This document shows, in pieces, positions 20,291 through 30,013 of a stretch of 64,000 nucleotides of DNA (its first letter is position 1; each line of letters starts with the position of its first letter). The notes under the pieces are model-generated. The model was given only the letters and a program-made list of their open reading frames with translations, was not told the DNA's origin and did not search any database. A program made the position numbers and the translations under genes. This DNA is from Auanema rhodensis (Eukaryota; Animalia; Nematoda). The DNA is taken from the NCBI GenBank assembly GCA_964057225.1, contig OZ059900.1:10788001-10852000 (forward strand), read 5' to 3'.

Positions 20291-20755
20291 ATGGAACTTT
20301 TATGTAACAAATATTGTGGTACATGCAAGGAAATATTTTCTTCAACCAAGCATTTTAGTGATCACGTTTTGAAAAGACATGCAGGGATTCAACCCATATG
20401 TAACAATTATATCAGCAATGCTGACTTTATTCAAAAATATGGACATTTGGATGGTGTTCGTAGACGTTTGTGCCCTCATTGTAGTGAAACTTTTGGAACA
20501 AGATTCAATTGTGAGCGTCATATTCGGCGTATTCATAATAATAATGGAACGAATGGTGAAGATGGTGATGGAAATGATACCAGCAAACCCTTTGAAAAAG
20601 CTGAGGAGTTTGTACATTCAACCCAATCAAAAAGATGCCGCAGCAATAGTGACGGAGAACATTCACAACACGAGCCGAGCGACAAACAAAACTGCCCTAA
20701 ACTATCTTTTAAACCTTCGAAAATAAAAATGTGGTATTGTATAACTGTTGAATAA
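20291..20755 (+). CDS. Protein with two C2H2 zinc fingers (154 aa)
   Basis: CGTCKEIFSSTKHFSDHVLKRH and CPHCSETFGTRFNCERHIRRIH; TATA 48 nt upstream; AATAAA overlaps the stop. Confidence 0.8.
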   Translation: MELLCNKYCGTCKEIFSSTKHFSDHVLKRHAGIQPICNNYISNADFIQKYGHLDGVRRRLCPHCSETFGTRFNCERHIRRIHNNNGTNGEDGDGNDTSKPFEKAEEFVHSTQSKRCRSNSDGEHSQHEPSDKQNCPKLSFKPSKIKMWYCITVE

Positions 20756-20760
20756 AACGT

Positions 20761-21618
20761 TTATTTCATATTTTTAACATGTAATGTAACAACAGTAGAA
20801 CCATAATTAAATTGCATAGGACGACCAAATTCATCTAAAATTTCAATACGTATGGTATCGAGTGTTTGTCTAGTGATTGGTACATAACGAATAGGATTAA
20901 ATGTTTTGGCAATCATTTTACCAAATTCAGTAGGAGGTGGTACAGGTAAACATGCAAGTAAATTAGCTTTCACATTACCAAGAATGGAATATTCTACAAT
21001 ATCACAATATATATACATTGTATTAATGTTATTTGAAAAATCAATGGGACGCCTGGCTATTATTGTATCGTTGATGTTTTTATTTTCAAAACCAAGAAAA
21101 TATGCAAAATCATCACCAAGCGTTGCATTCATTAATAGTCGCTTGCTTGTTACAAACTCTATGCGCTGCAATGTTTTGTTAAACTGAAATGTGGCGTCCG
21201 CGAGCATTTCCTCCACTAGCTTAGCCTCAGCCTGGCGATTATTATACCATTTTTTTACATCTTCATCTTTATCTATTAAACTTTTTATACGTGCTTCTTC
21301 CTCAGCTCCAAGAGGCTTTGTATTGTTGGCGATAAATGATTCTCTTCCAGCATTGATTCCGCGTATTATTTCATCACCATTTGCATAGTTGCCTTTAGGC
21401 AAGTGTAGAATAAATTTTCTATTGGAAAAACGTAGTGTATAAGATAAATCTTTTTGAACATTTAATATAGAACAAGGAAAAATGATGTCTGTCAGCCCAA
21501 TACAATATTTATTATTGCGTAGCCTTAGTGTTTCAGGTAATCTGGTAAGAAACACTGATGATGTATTACTTTTTTCAGAGTCAACTGATGATGGAAGAGT
21601 AATGTAAAAATCATCCAT
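20761..21618 (-). CDS. Maverick minor capsid (penton-like) protein
   Basis: N-terminal FYITLPS...N..S.F..RLP; C-terminal MYIYCDIVE.S.LG and I.I.DE.GRP..F..G...VTLH. Confidence 0.85.
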   Translation of the reverse strand: MDDFYITLPSSVDSEKSNTSSVFLTRLPETLRLRNNKYCIGLTDIIFPCSILNVQKDLSYTLRFSNRKFILHLPKGNYANGDEIIRGINAGRESFIANNTKPLGAEEEARIKSLIDKDEDVKKWYNNRQAEAKLVEEMLADATFQFNKTLQRIEFVTSKRLLMNATLGDDFAYFLGFENKNINDTIIARRPIDFSNNINTMYIYCDIVEYSILGNVKANLLACLPVPPPTEFGKMIAKTFNPIRYVPITRQTLDTIRIEILDEFGRPMQFNYGSTVVTLHVKNMK

Positions 21619-21697
21619 GACAAACCACCACTTGATACGTGTACACTATTGCAAATGAAATCATTTGCATTTTAGGTACATTTACGAGTGGTTGATT

Positions 21698-22345
21698 ATG
21701 GTTTTCAGCTTCAAACTACCCAGTCAGACAACTGTAATAGGTGCTACCCAATGCGGTAAAACAACCCTCATAAAGCACATATGTGAAAATACTGAAAAGT
21801 TTTTCAACGTCCCCATTGATAGAATATTCTGGTTTAGTCAATGTGGGTCATCGTCAGGTGTACCAATAAATGATGAGCGTTTAATAATTATTCAAGGGCC
21901 TCCTGATCCTGATTTGATAAAAGAACAAAAGGGAGTAAATACTATACTAGTGCTGGATGATTTGATGAACTTTTTTTCATCGAATAAAGCAGCAAAGGAA
22001 TTACTCAACAACATTTTTACAGTATGGGCTCATCACTGGAATTTGGCAGTGTTTAATCTTGTGCAAGCGGCATTTCAACTGGACAGGACCAGTCGAATCA
22101 ATAGTACATATATAATACTGATGAAAAGTCATTCAGATATATTACAAATACGTAATTGTCTGCAGCAATTATTTGGGCCACGTTTCAAAAATGCTCTAGA
22201 GGCGTATGATGATGCAATGTCTACTCCCTATAGTCATTTACTGATTGACAATCATCCTTTAACAAGTGAGAAGCAGCGTATACTATCTGATATAACAGCG
22301 GAGAACCCTATTGTTTATGTTGCCAGAAATGTGTTTAGTGTTTAA
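21698..22345 (+). CDS. A32/FtsK-like genome packaging ATPase
   Basis: Walker A GATQCGKT, Walker B LVLDDLM, FT...HH.N, R.N..YI, PYS.LLID. Confidence 0.92.
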   Translation: MVFSFKLPSQTTVIGATQCGKTTLIKHICENTEKFFNVPIDRIFWFSQCGSSSGVPINDERLIIIQGPPDPDLIKEQKGVNTILVLDDLMNFFSSNKAAKELLNNIFTVWAHHWNLAVFNLVQAAFQLDRTSRINSTYIILMKSHSDILQIRNCLQQLFGPRFKNALEAYDDAMSTPYSHLLIDNHPLTSEKQRILSDITAENPIVYVARNVFSV

Positions 22346-22357
22346 AGTGCTTGTTCA

Positions 22358-22666
22358 ATGAGTGGTCGTATTTTGTCAAATTTCAACTTTTTGTCTTCTT
22401 GCGCCAAAACTCCTTGTTCTGTTTCCTCATTTTCTTTTGCACAAATTGAAATTATTGTTGAAATTGTATTTAATATTGTGAAAAATAATAATTTTCTTTT
22501 AACTAACAAGGAATATAAAACCCTCTTGCCCATATCTTCATTATTACGTCAAATAGCTTTGATACGCACACCGGAAAAGGCTAAATCATTATTGGCAACG
22601 CTTTCACACAAACAATTGAAAACAATAGTTACATGTGGTATTGCCTATTTTGGTTTTAAATCATGA
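22358..22666 (+). CDS. Maverick hypothetical protein (102 aa)
   Basis: ATG ORF packed between its neighbours, ATGA overlap with the next ORF, identical protein in copy 2. Confidence 0.7.
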   Translation: MSGRILSNFNFLSSCAKTPCSVSSFSFAQIEIIVEIVFNIVKNNNFLLTNKEYKTLLPISSLLRQIALIRTPEKAKSLLATLSHKQLKTIVTCGIAYFGFKS

Positions 22667-23379
22667 AGCTCAACCATAAATATCGACTAATTCCTGTCGA
22701 CGAGGAAACAATTAATATAGACAAGTTTGATGCAGAGCTCAAGCTTTTACGAGAAAATAGAGCTATACCCGACTATAAAAAGGTTGAACTATACGAAGAT
22801 TTGATTGCTCGTCTCAAAAACTATAGAGAAAGTATAGATGCGCCCATATCAGTACAAGTGGAAAATGCTGATCCACCTCTATTGCCAGAATACAAGTTGC
22901 CAAGAAAGTATAACAATTTGTGGGAGAAATTTCCAGAGGTGCGCACAAACAAGAATAACCAACTTGTGATTAATAAAGAGGCTGTACCAAACACGAATAT
23001 TACAAAAATTTTAGATTTTGTATTGGATAAAACAAAAACGGAGCCCAATGGATTTTCAGTCTTGTCAAAGTTTTTAGCCAGTAAAGGCGTACCAAGTTCT
23101 AACAAGAAACAAACTAGAAGAGAGTCGGCTGACAATGATTCAGTTGACGTTGTAACTAGAGCTGAACCGGCTGTTACAGACTTGGACTCTACTATATTAC
23201 CTAGAACGCCTCGTCATCGTAAAGCTGTTATTCGATATTCACCATCACCGGTTCGTACACTGAAAAGTAAAAGGTCAAAGACTTTTGATACTGCCGCCGA
23301 ATCATATTACACACCACGGGAAGGAGACTCACAGAATGGCCAAGGTCGTAAAAGGTTCTACATTAGATTATGGAAATGA
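22663..23379 (+). CDS. Maverick hypothetical protein (238 aa) with basic C-terminus
   Basis: ATG ORF conserved in copy 2; ends QNGQGRKRFYIRLWK. Confidence 0.75.
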   Translation: MKLNHKYRLIPVDEETINIDKFDAELKLLRENRAIPDYKKVELYEDLIARLKNYRESIDAPISVQVENADPPLLPEYKLPRKYNNLWEKFPEVRTNKNNQLVINKEAVPNTNITKILDFVLDKTKTEPNGFSVLSKFLASKGVPSSNKKQTRRESADNDSVDVVTRAEPAVTDLDSTILPRTPRHRKAVIRYSPSPVRTLKSKRSKTFDTAAESYYTPREGDSQNGQGRKRFYIRLWK

Positions 23380-24403
23380 TATTTTGGCGAGCATTTATTA
23401 CGATATAAAACATCCAGCTTCATATACATCAACCAAGAATTTATTATCGCAAGCACGAAAACATGGCATTTCAAAGGTACAAGTTGATGATTTTTTGCAA
23501 GATTCTGAAACTTTTACACGGCATAAACCAACCAGAATGCGTATGCAGACTAGAAAGACTAGAGGATGTGGTCGATTTCTAACAGTGCAAGCAGATTTGG
23601 TTGATATGCAAAAATATAAAAAATTAAACGACGGCTATGCTTACATGTTGACCATGATTGATGTTTATACACGCATGTTATATGTTAGGCCTTTGAAAAC
23701 TAAAGGTGGTATAGAGGTTGCTAGTGCATTTGAAAATTTATTCAAGAATTTTATACCAATTCAGTTGATTACTGATAATGGCACAGAGTTTTATAATAGT
23801 CATTGTGAAAAACTATTCAAAAAGTTTGCCATACTGCACGGATCTACAAGTTCACCACAAAAGGCTGCAATGGTGGAGCGAGCAAATAGAACTTTAAAAA
23901 CACGCATGATGAAATATCTCTATTACAAGAATAATCATCGATGGATTGATATCCTAGATGATTTGGTTGAAGGAATAAACAAATCTTATAATCGGTCAAT
24001 TAAAATGCGGCCCATTGATGTTAAAGCAAATATATTCATTGAAGAATATGCATCAGCTGTTAAAAGCCGGTTTAAAATTGGTGATACTGTTCGCATAAGC
24101 AAAAATAGGCGTACTTTTGAAAAAAGCTACGAGTCTGGATATACAATGGAGCTGTTCACAATTGATGAGGTTGTAACCGGAAACCCAACCGTGTATAAAC
24201 TTGTAGATTATAATGGTGAACGTATAAAGGGAATATTCTACGAACCTGAACTTGTCTTGGCTACTAATAAAAGCAACAAGTACTATATAGAAAAAGTTTT
24301 AAAAGAGCGTACTCGAAGCGGTAAACGTCAAGTATTTGTAAAATGGAGTGGATATCCCGACAACTTTAACGAATGGATAGATGCAGAAAATTTAAATGTA
24401 TAA
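23336..24403 (+). CDS. int: Retroviral-like (rve) integrase with C-terminal chromodomain
   Basis: YYD...P.SY, QADLVDM, IDVYTR, TDNGTEF, KAAMVERANRTLK; chromodomain YYIEKVLKER...VFVKWSGYP...NEWI. Confidence 0.93.
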   Translation: MAKVVKGSTLDYGNDILASIYYDIKHPASYTSTKNLLSQARKHGISKVQVDDFLQDSETFTRHKPTRMRMQTRKTRGCGRFLTVQADLVDMQKYKKLNDGYAYMLTMIDVYTRMLYVRPLKTKGGIEVASAFENLFKNFIPIQLITDNGTEFYNSHCEKLFKKFAILHGSTSSPQKAAMVERANRTLKTRMMKYLYYKNNHRWIDILDDLVEGINKSYNRSIKMRPIDVKANIFIEEYASAVKSRFKIGDTVRISKNRRTFEKSYESGYTMELFTIDEVVTGNPTVYKLVDYNGERIKGIFYEPELVLATNKSNKYYIEKVLKERTRSGKRQVFVKWSGYPDNFNEWIDAENLNV

Positions 24404-24698
24404 TTTTTCAATGTTATAAACAATTGTAATTATAATAAATGATTTATTTGATATATCGCATAATGTAACAATAAAAAACCAGCAAAATACAAACAACAAT
24501 TCAACCTGGAAAAAAAAAATGTAGACTATTCAAATTTTCAAATTCTTACCAGTTGGTTGATCATTCGTCCTCAATTGATGAGCCATTGATGGATAATCGC
24601 AAGAGCTGGAAAAAAAAAATGTTACGGCTGAGAATATAAAAATGCCACATAACAAAACAAGAATAAAACGCCAATTGTACTATTTGTGCTTGTTGTAG

Positions 24699-25283
24699 TC
24701 AAAATGAAGGATCAAAGCGGATAAACATGTTCAGGTTGAGTGCTTCTGGACTTAGTTTAAAGTAGAATACATTCTGCTTATAACCAAAAGTCTTTATAGT
24801 AGCCTCATCTGCATATATAACAATATAGCCCATATTGTTCAACAATTGCTTGCACGTCATGGTGTTATAAGAGCGCATCTAAAAAATGATAAAATTGAAA
24901 ATAAATAAATATGCAAGCTTACATTAATAGAGAACTTTTCGGGCTTATAGTGACGAAATTCCTTCAAAAGACCCAACGCATCATTCCTTCCTCTACACTT
25001 TATACAGAGGCTGAAACAGTGATACTCGTCTATAACCTGCAATGATTCCCTACAAGTTTTGCAGAGACAAATTGGTCTCATTAATACACTCCTTGGTGGA
25101 GTGCTCTCTCTCAGAATCTCCATCTGCTTTATTGGTGAATCTAAATTAAAGATTTAAAAAATACAAGTTAAGGTTCATACCAAAACTTGTAAAATTTGGT
25201 GCTGGTGTGGGTGGTCGTGGTACTTCAGGTTCAGGCGATTTGCGCACCACATTTGTCACATCAGCAAGTACAGCACGCTTCAT
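24699..25283 (-). CDS. Spliced Maverick accessory gene (3 exons, 166 aa) with D-box motif and Cys/His cluster
   Basis: Exons 25283-25181, 25140-24923, 24878-24699 with GT-AG introns of 40 and 44 nt; GTATAAAAG at 25443-25435. Copy-2 differences seen are four synonymous changes and one I/V change. Confidence 0.75.
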
Positions 25284-25906
25284 TTCCGCTAAAGATCCAA
25301 CTTTCTAAAATATAAGGCAAACTTGCAGAGAGGAGCAGTCTATGGCGATTGGCAAAGAGTGGCAGGAGATGGTGAAACGTCGGATCCTCGGATAGTTGGC
25401 AGAGCTGAAATGTAAATGTAGCAAAATTGCCAACCTTTTATACAAAGATTTTTGTAAAGTACAACCCATTGTGTTACAATCAAGTTTGCTGATGAAATTC
25501 TCTTATTAATTAGATTTTACAGCATATTTATGCAGATATACTCATCTTATCGACAGTTGCCAGCAGTTGGCGCACTCTGAACCTGTAAACAATCTGCATA
25601 TTAATTAGTTTTTACATCTCTTTAAACATTATTGTTTACCGTTTGTGCCATAAACAACAGCCATCTCTGTAAAACATTTAGGCTTTTTAAACTTTGCTTA
25701 ATAGCTCATATATTATTCATAGTATACTTTTACACCCATATTGTACCACAAAACATATGACTGCCAACGTTTTATATGTAAAAATATTTCATTCTTGAAT
25801 ATTTAAAAATGATTATATTACGAAACTAAAACTTTTGAAATGTTAAAATGATTATACTATATTTAAACCCCCAACAGTGCAGTTATTACTGTTTATTAAC
25901 CATCGA

Positions 25907-26878
25907 TATGCGTGGCGTTGAGGTCAGCGCAACTGTTTGTTAATCTTATTGTATTTACCTTCAATGTGTGCTCTATAGAGTTATTGTATTGTTATATTAG
26001 TAAAATAAAGTTTAAAACTAATCTTTTATTATAATTTGAAACCTTTACTTGTTAGAATAAATATAATTAATAACAATTCGCAATTTCAAAAATTAATAAT
26101 TTAATGTCGTTCTTATCGAATTAACCTTCGATATGTGTTCCATTAAATTTTGGTATTTCATATCGTTCTTATCGAATTAACCTTCGATATGTGTTCCATT
26201 AAATTTTGGTATTTCATATCGTTCTTATCGAATTAACTTTCGATATGTGTTCCATTGAATTACCCATAACAAGTACGGTGAACAAAATTATCTACATGCA
26301 AAATTTTATTGATCTTTAAAATAAAAACAATACAAACACAATACAATAAAAAATAAACAAATCAAGTAAACAAACATTATTAATAAATATAATAAAGAAA
26401 TAAATAAAATTTAAAAACATATTTATATATTTAAAATTTAAATATAATTTATATATAAAATTTAAAGTTTAAATATAATTTATATATATAAAATTTAAAT
26501 ATAATTTAAATAATTAAAGTTTAAATAAAATTTATATATATATAAAATTTAAATATAATTTAAATATTTAAAATTAAGATTTTTATTTTTACTTAATATA
26601 TTTAAAAATAATTGAAAATATATACATACATTTGAAAAAGCATATTTAAATTTGATTTAAAAAAAAAATCATGCTTTAAATCATGATTTTTAAATTTAAA
26701 AAAGGAAAATCCATGAACCATGATCCCAAAATATGATTTTAACAGCTGACGCTCAAAAATATGTTTTTGACAGCTGACGCGCCCCCAAAAGTATGTTTTT
26801 AGCAGCTGACGCCCCCAAAAGTATGTTTTTGACAGCTGTTTGGGGGCGTGGTTAGTAAATTTTGCACGGCTCTCTACT
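25907..26878 (-). repeat. Maverick copy 1 right TIR
   Basis: Inverted copy of 11186-12197; inner boundary approximate. Confidence 0.9.
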
Positions 26879-29236
26879 GATATTGTATTAGACAATATAC
26901 TTTTCGATCATCCTATAGAACATACAGATCAAACAATACATGAGAATAAAGACATAAATGATGTTAGCCATAATTACGATATTGCATATGAATCAGATAA
27001 CTCTCAACATGATAATACATACACTCCAGAAACAGAGAATAATGAGGATGCAACAAATGATCGACCTCAAAATAAGACAAAACAATCATCAGTAAAAACA
27101 GCAAAATATACAGAACAAGATGATGTCACTGAGAAGGAAATTATAAAAGCCTTCCCACTAAAAATGTCCTATGCTACACACCAAAGAAAAAATAAAATAA
27201 ACCCAAAAGTAGCAGCTGACATAATGAAAGCGCTTTCCTTACCGATTATAATAACTTCGACATATGCCGAAGAAATCAATAGTTGCAAGGACTCTAACAT
27301 GTTCACCACAAAACTTATAGCGAATCCTCATTGCTCCCCAGAAATGGCAACATGGACAGTGATAATAACCATTATGGCCGTTACCCTCATAGTCTCTTGT
27401 CTATGCCGCATGGGTTACAGCCAATATAGATATAAGACATGGTCCAGAAACACTCAAATTATGCTCAACACCATGAAATCAAAACACAAAACAATCTCCG
27501 TACAAGAAGATCATGAAACTGATCAAAAAATAACAGAAAATCACAATGATACGTTGCAATTAAAACAAACGAACACACAAGACGTTAATATTGTGGATCA
27601 TGAAACCTCTCAAAAGCATATTTACCCTATTTTAAACCATACAAGAAGGCCACCAAAATTCTCTCTTTTTACTAGAGGGTCGCAATCATCTTTACCATCG
27701 TTACTGGCAATCATCTTGGCTTTCTGTATTGGAAGCTACAGCTCTTGCTCCGATGTCCATGTTCAACATTTCGTTAACATAAGATGCGATGAAAACCTAG
27801 TCTGTTATCACGAATACAGTCAAGATATAATATTCTCTCCCGGAACAAAACAGTTGTGTATCAACATAATACACTCTAATCATGAAATCGGTCAATTCAA
27901 AATAACGAAATTATATACTGAACATGTCTGCCGAAAGAATATTAGATACTTCACTAGACAGACAACAGTTAACATACTGAGTATATTACGATGCCGTCAC
28001 CGAGGCTCCTGTAACGGAACATGTGAAACTAACTCGCTTCATAATAAAATCAAAGAACTACAACCATACACCTTTCCTTCACAATCCGGTTGTTTTACAT
28101 CGTCGGCGAGATTTTACACATGTCCTATGATTTGGACAGATCCATGTCTTTTCTACAAAATAGAGCATATACCCATCACAGAAGAAGTATACGAAGTCTA
28201 TACTTGTAATAGTTGGTTCACCCAAACTGTATTCAATATAGAAACAACACTACTCCAGCAGAAAAACAATTACAATATCACTCTACAACCTTACACAAAA
28301 AATCGTGAACAACTTTTCAATATAACAACGTTATCACAATCACAACCTCCTCCAGAAATGTACACAAAATTATTTTTTTCCTCGAAAGAAAACACGTACA
28401 TTACGGATATACATACAAAGGGAATAGTTCAATGTGCAACAGAGGAAGCCGCATTAAAACATTTCAACAATTGTACAGTATCTTCATTTTGCCCATGCAC
28501 ATTTAACAGATTTGATGAAATAAAATGTAGGTGTGATACCCCTACTTTTGAAAAAATGTCCAATACATCAGACATGAGATCTCCTAACCAAAACTTCAAA
28601 ACTAAAGATAACACGTTATCATTCTCTACAAATTTAGACGAAAGTTTTGTTACGGTCGATTCATCTCTATTCTTAAACTCAGTCATTTTTTCCAACAATC
28701 TGCCTTGTGCACCTGCCCTCACAAAACTATCAGGTTGCTACTCCTGCGGGCAGGGTGCGTTCGCAGAGTTCCAATGCCTTACGGCAGAAGAAACATGGAT
28801 TTCTATCGAATGTCAAAGAGAAGTATTCATGATAAAATGTTCTCCAAAAGTAGCAATCACGGAAGTAACAATCAAAAGAGAAAATTCTCAAATTGATGAA
28901 TTCTGCTATACCACATGCGACAATAAAAAAATTGAGATCATTATTAAGGGAACATTACACCACATAGCAAGCATAGATGAAATAAACGAAAGTGACTCAA
29001 AAGAGGGTACAGAATCCAAATCCATTGACTTTGCTCCAATCCTCAAACTAATCCTATCAAAGTTGGGAATCATACTGATAGGCATTGTCATTACCGCTAC
29101 TATAGGATATGTAGCATGCACGCCAATGATATACTTTGTATTGATAAATACAGTATTAGCCATACAATGGATGGCCAAAAGGATGATTACAATATACAGA
29201 AATTTCACAGCCTCACTTCGAGATCAGAGATTTTAA
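26879..29236 (+). CDS. env: BEL/Pao env region: phlebovirus Gc-like class II fusion glycoprotein (mature Gc from about 27746), detached from pol by the Maverick
   Basis: Signal-like LLAIILAFCIGSYSS|CSD, Cys-rich ectodomain (YFTR, RC.H.GSC, CLFY, YEVY.C.SW, L.GCYSC.QGA...F.C), C-terminal TM. In frame with pol across the TSD. Confidence 0.85.
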   Translation, partial: DIVLDNILFDHPIEHTDQTIHENKDINDVSHNYDIAYESDNSQHDNTYTPETENNEDATNDRPQNKTKQSSVKTAKYTEQDDVTEKEIIKAFPLKMSYATHQRKNKINPKVAADIMKALSLPIIITSTYAEEINSCKDSNMFTTKLIANPHCSPEMATWTVIITIMAVTLIVSCLCRMGYSQYRYKTWSRNTQIMLNTMKSKHKTISVQEDHETDQKITENHNDTLQLKQTNTQDVNIVDHETSQKHIYPILNHTRRPPKFSLFTRGSQSSLPSLLAIILAFCIGSYSSCSDVHVQHFVNIRCDENLVCYHEYSQDIIFSPGTKQLCINIIHSNHEIGQFKITKLYTEHVCRKNIRYFTRQTTVNILSILRCRHRGSCNGTCETNSLHNKIKELQPYTFPSQSGCFTSSARFYTCPMIWTDPCLFYKIEHIPITEEVYEVYTCNSWFTQTVFNIETTLLQQKNNYNITLQPYTKNREQLFNITTLSQSQPPPEMYTKLFFSSKENTYITDIHTKGIVQCATEEAALKHFNNCTVSSFCPCTFNRFDEIKCRCDTPTFEKMSNTSDMRSPNQNFKTKDNTLSFSTNLDESFVTVDSSLFLNSVIFSNNLPCAPALTKLSGCYSCGQGAFAEFQCLTAEETWISIECQREVFMIKCSPKVAITEVTIKRENSQIDEFCYTTCDNKKIEIIIKGTLHHIASIDEINESDSKEGTESKSIDFAPILKLILSKLGIILIGIVITATIGYVACTPMIYFVLINTVLAIQWMAKRMITIYRNFTASLRDQRF

Positions 29237-29551
29237 TAAAGAAGATATAAAAGGTAGAATAAACAAAAGCAAAGTATAAACTAAAATTCACATAAATAAA
29301 ATAAACCAAGGAGAGAAGAGAAGGGATTAATTTCTGAAATAATAAAGTAACACGAATCTGCTAGTTTAACTTAAGATATCTAATCTGTAGTATTGAATTA
29401 CATAATAACTCGTTAACAGACGTTTAATGGATAATATCAAAAACAGAAGGATATCATATTAATCTCTGAATGACGTAATAGACACATATCATAGACCAGA
29501 CGTCAACCAGTATATAAGGTGGCAAAACAAGTTTGCCTCAACTCAGTAGTA

Positions 29552-30013
29552 ATGGAGGATATAACGTCTAACTTAGTTGAGAACACTTCCTTCGAGGAAG
29601 ATCTCAAAAAGTATTCGCATCTACCCAATACTACTGCAAGCCTAAGACAGCTAATGGTCCTTGAAAAAAGGTTCTATGACAACCTGGCCAGCGCTGTGAA
29701 CCACCTATCCGAGAGGCTGGACAACATTAACCACTCTCTGAATTTGAAACTGGACAACCTAGCCGTCCAAACCGCGCCTAAGGCCTCCTGCATCTTTTGC
29801 AGCAAACCGACCGCTGATGGTCACCGAACCGCAGCTTGCCCAATATATCCCTCGTCTCCAGAGCGGACTCTACGTCTACATGAATTGGGACTATGTATCA
29901 GATGCTTGAACCCGAAACATCCGGACACATGCGAGGTATCTTGTTATAGATGCAAAGCAGAGACCCACCATGGAGTTGTATGTGGGGAGACCAAACGTAA
30001 AAGACCCATGTAG
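29552..30013 (+). CDS. Accessory ORF with coiled-coil-like region and three Cys/His knuckles (153 aa)
   Basis: CIFC......H....C, CIRC...H...C, CYRC....H....C; GTATATAAG at 29510-29518; stops just before the PPT and LTR. Confidence 0.75.
   Translation: MEDITSNLVENTSFEEDLKKYSHLPNTTASLRQLMVLEKRFYDNLASAVNHLSERLDNINHSLNLKLDNLAVQTAPKASCIFCSKPTADGHRTAACPIYPSSPERTLRLHELGLCIRCLNPKHPDTCEVSCYRCKAETHHGVVCGETKRKRPM

Larger units (their letters stand above)
11186..26878 (+). mobile_element. Maverick/Polinton copy 1, complete (15,693 bp)
   Basis: Termini AGTAGAGAG...CTCTCTACT, about 1-kb TIRs, 6-bp TSD GATATT (11180-11185 and 26879-26884). Encodes pPolB, capsids, protease, ATPase and integrase. Confidence 0.97.

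Noticed and set aside
26602-26895. ORFs within the TIRs, and the TTG start of the 798-aa ORF as the native env start
   Set aside because: These are low-complexity TIR translations. The first 13 codons of the 798-aa ORF are Maverick sequence.
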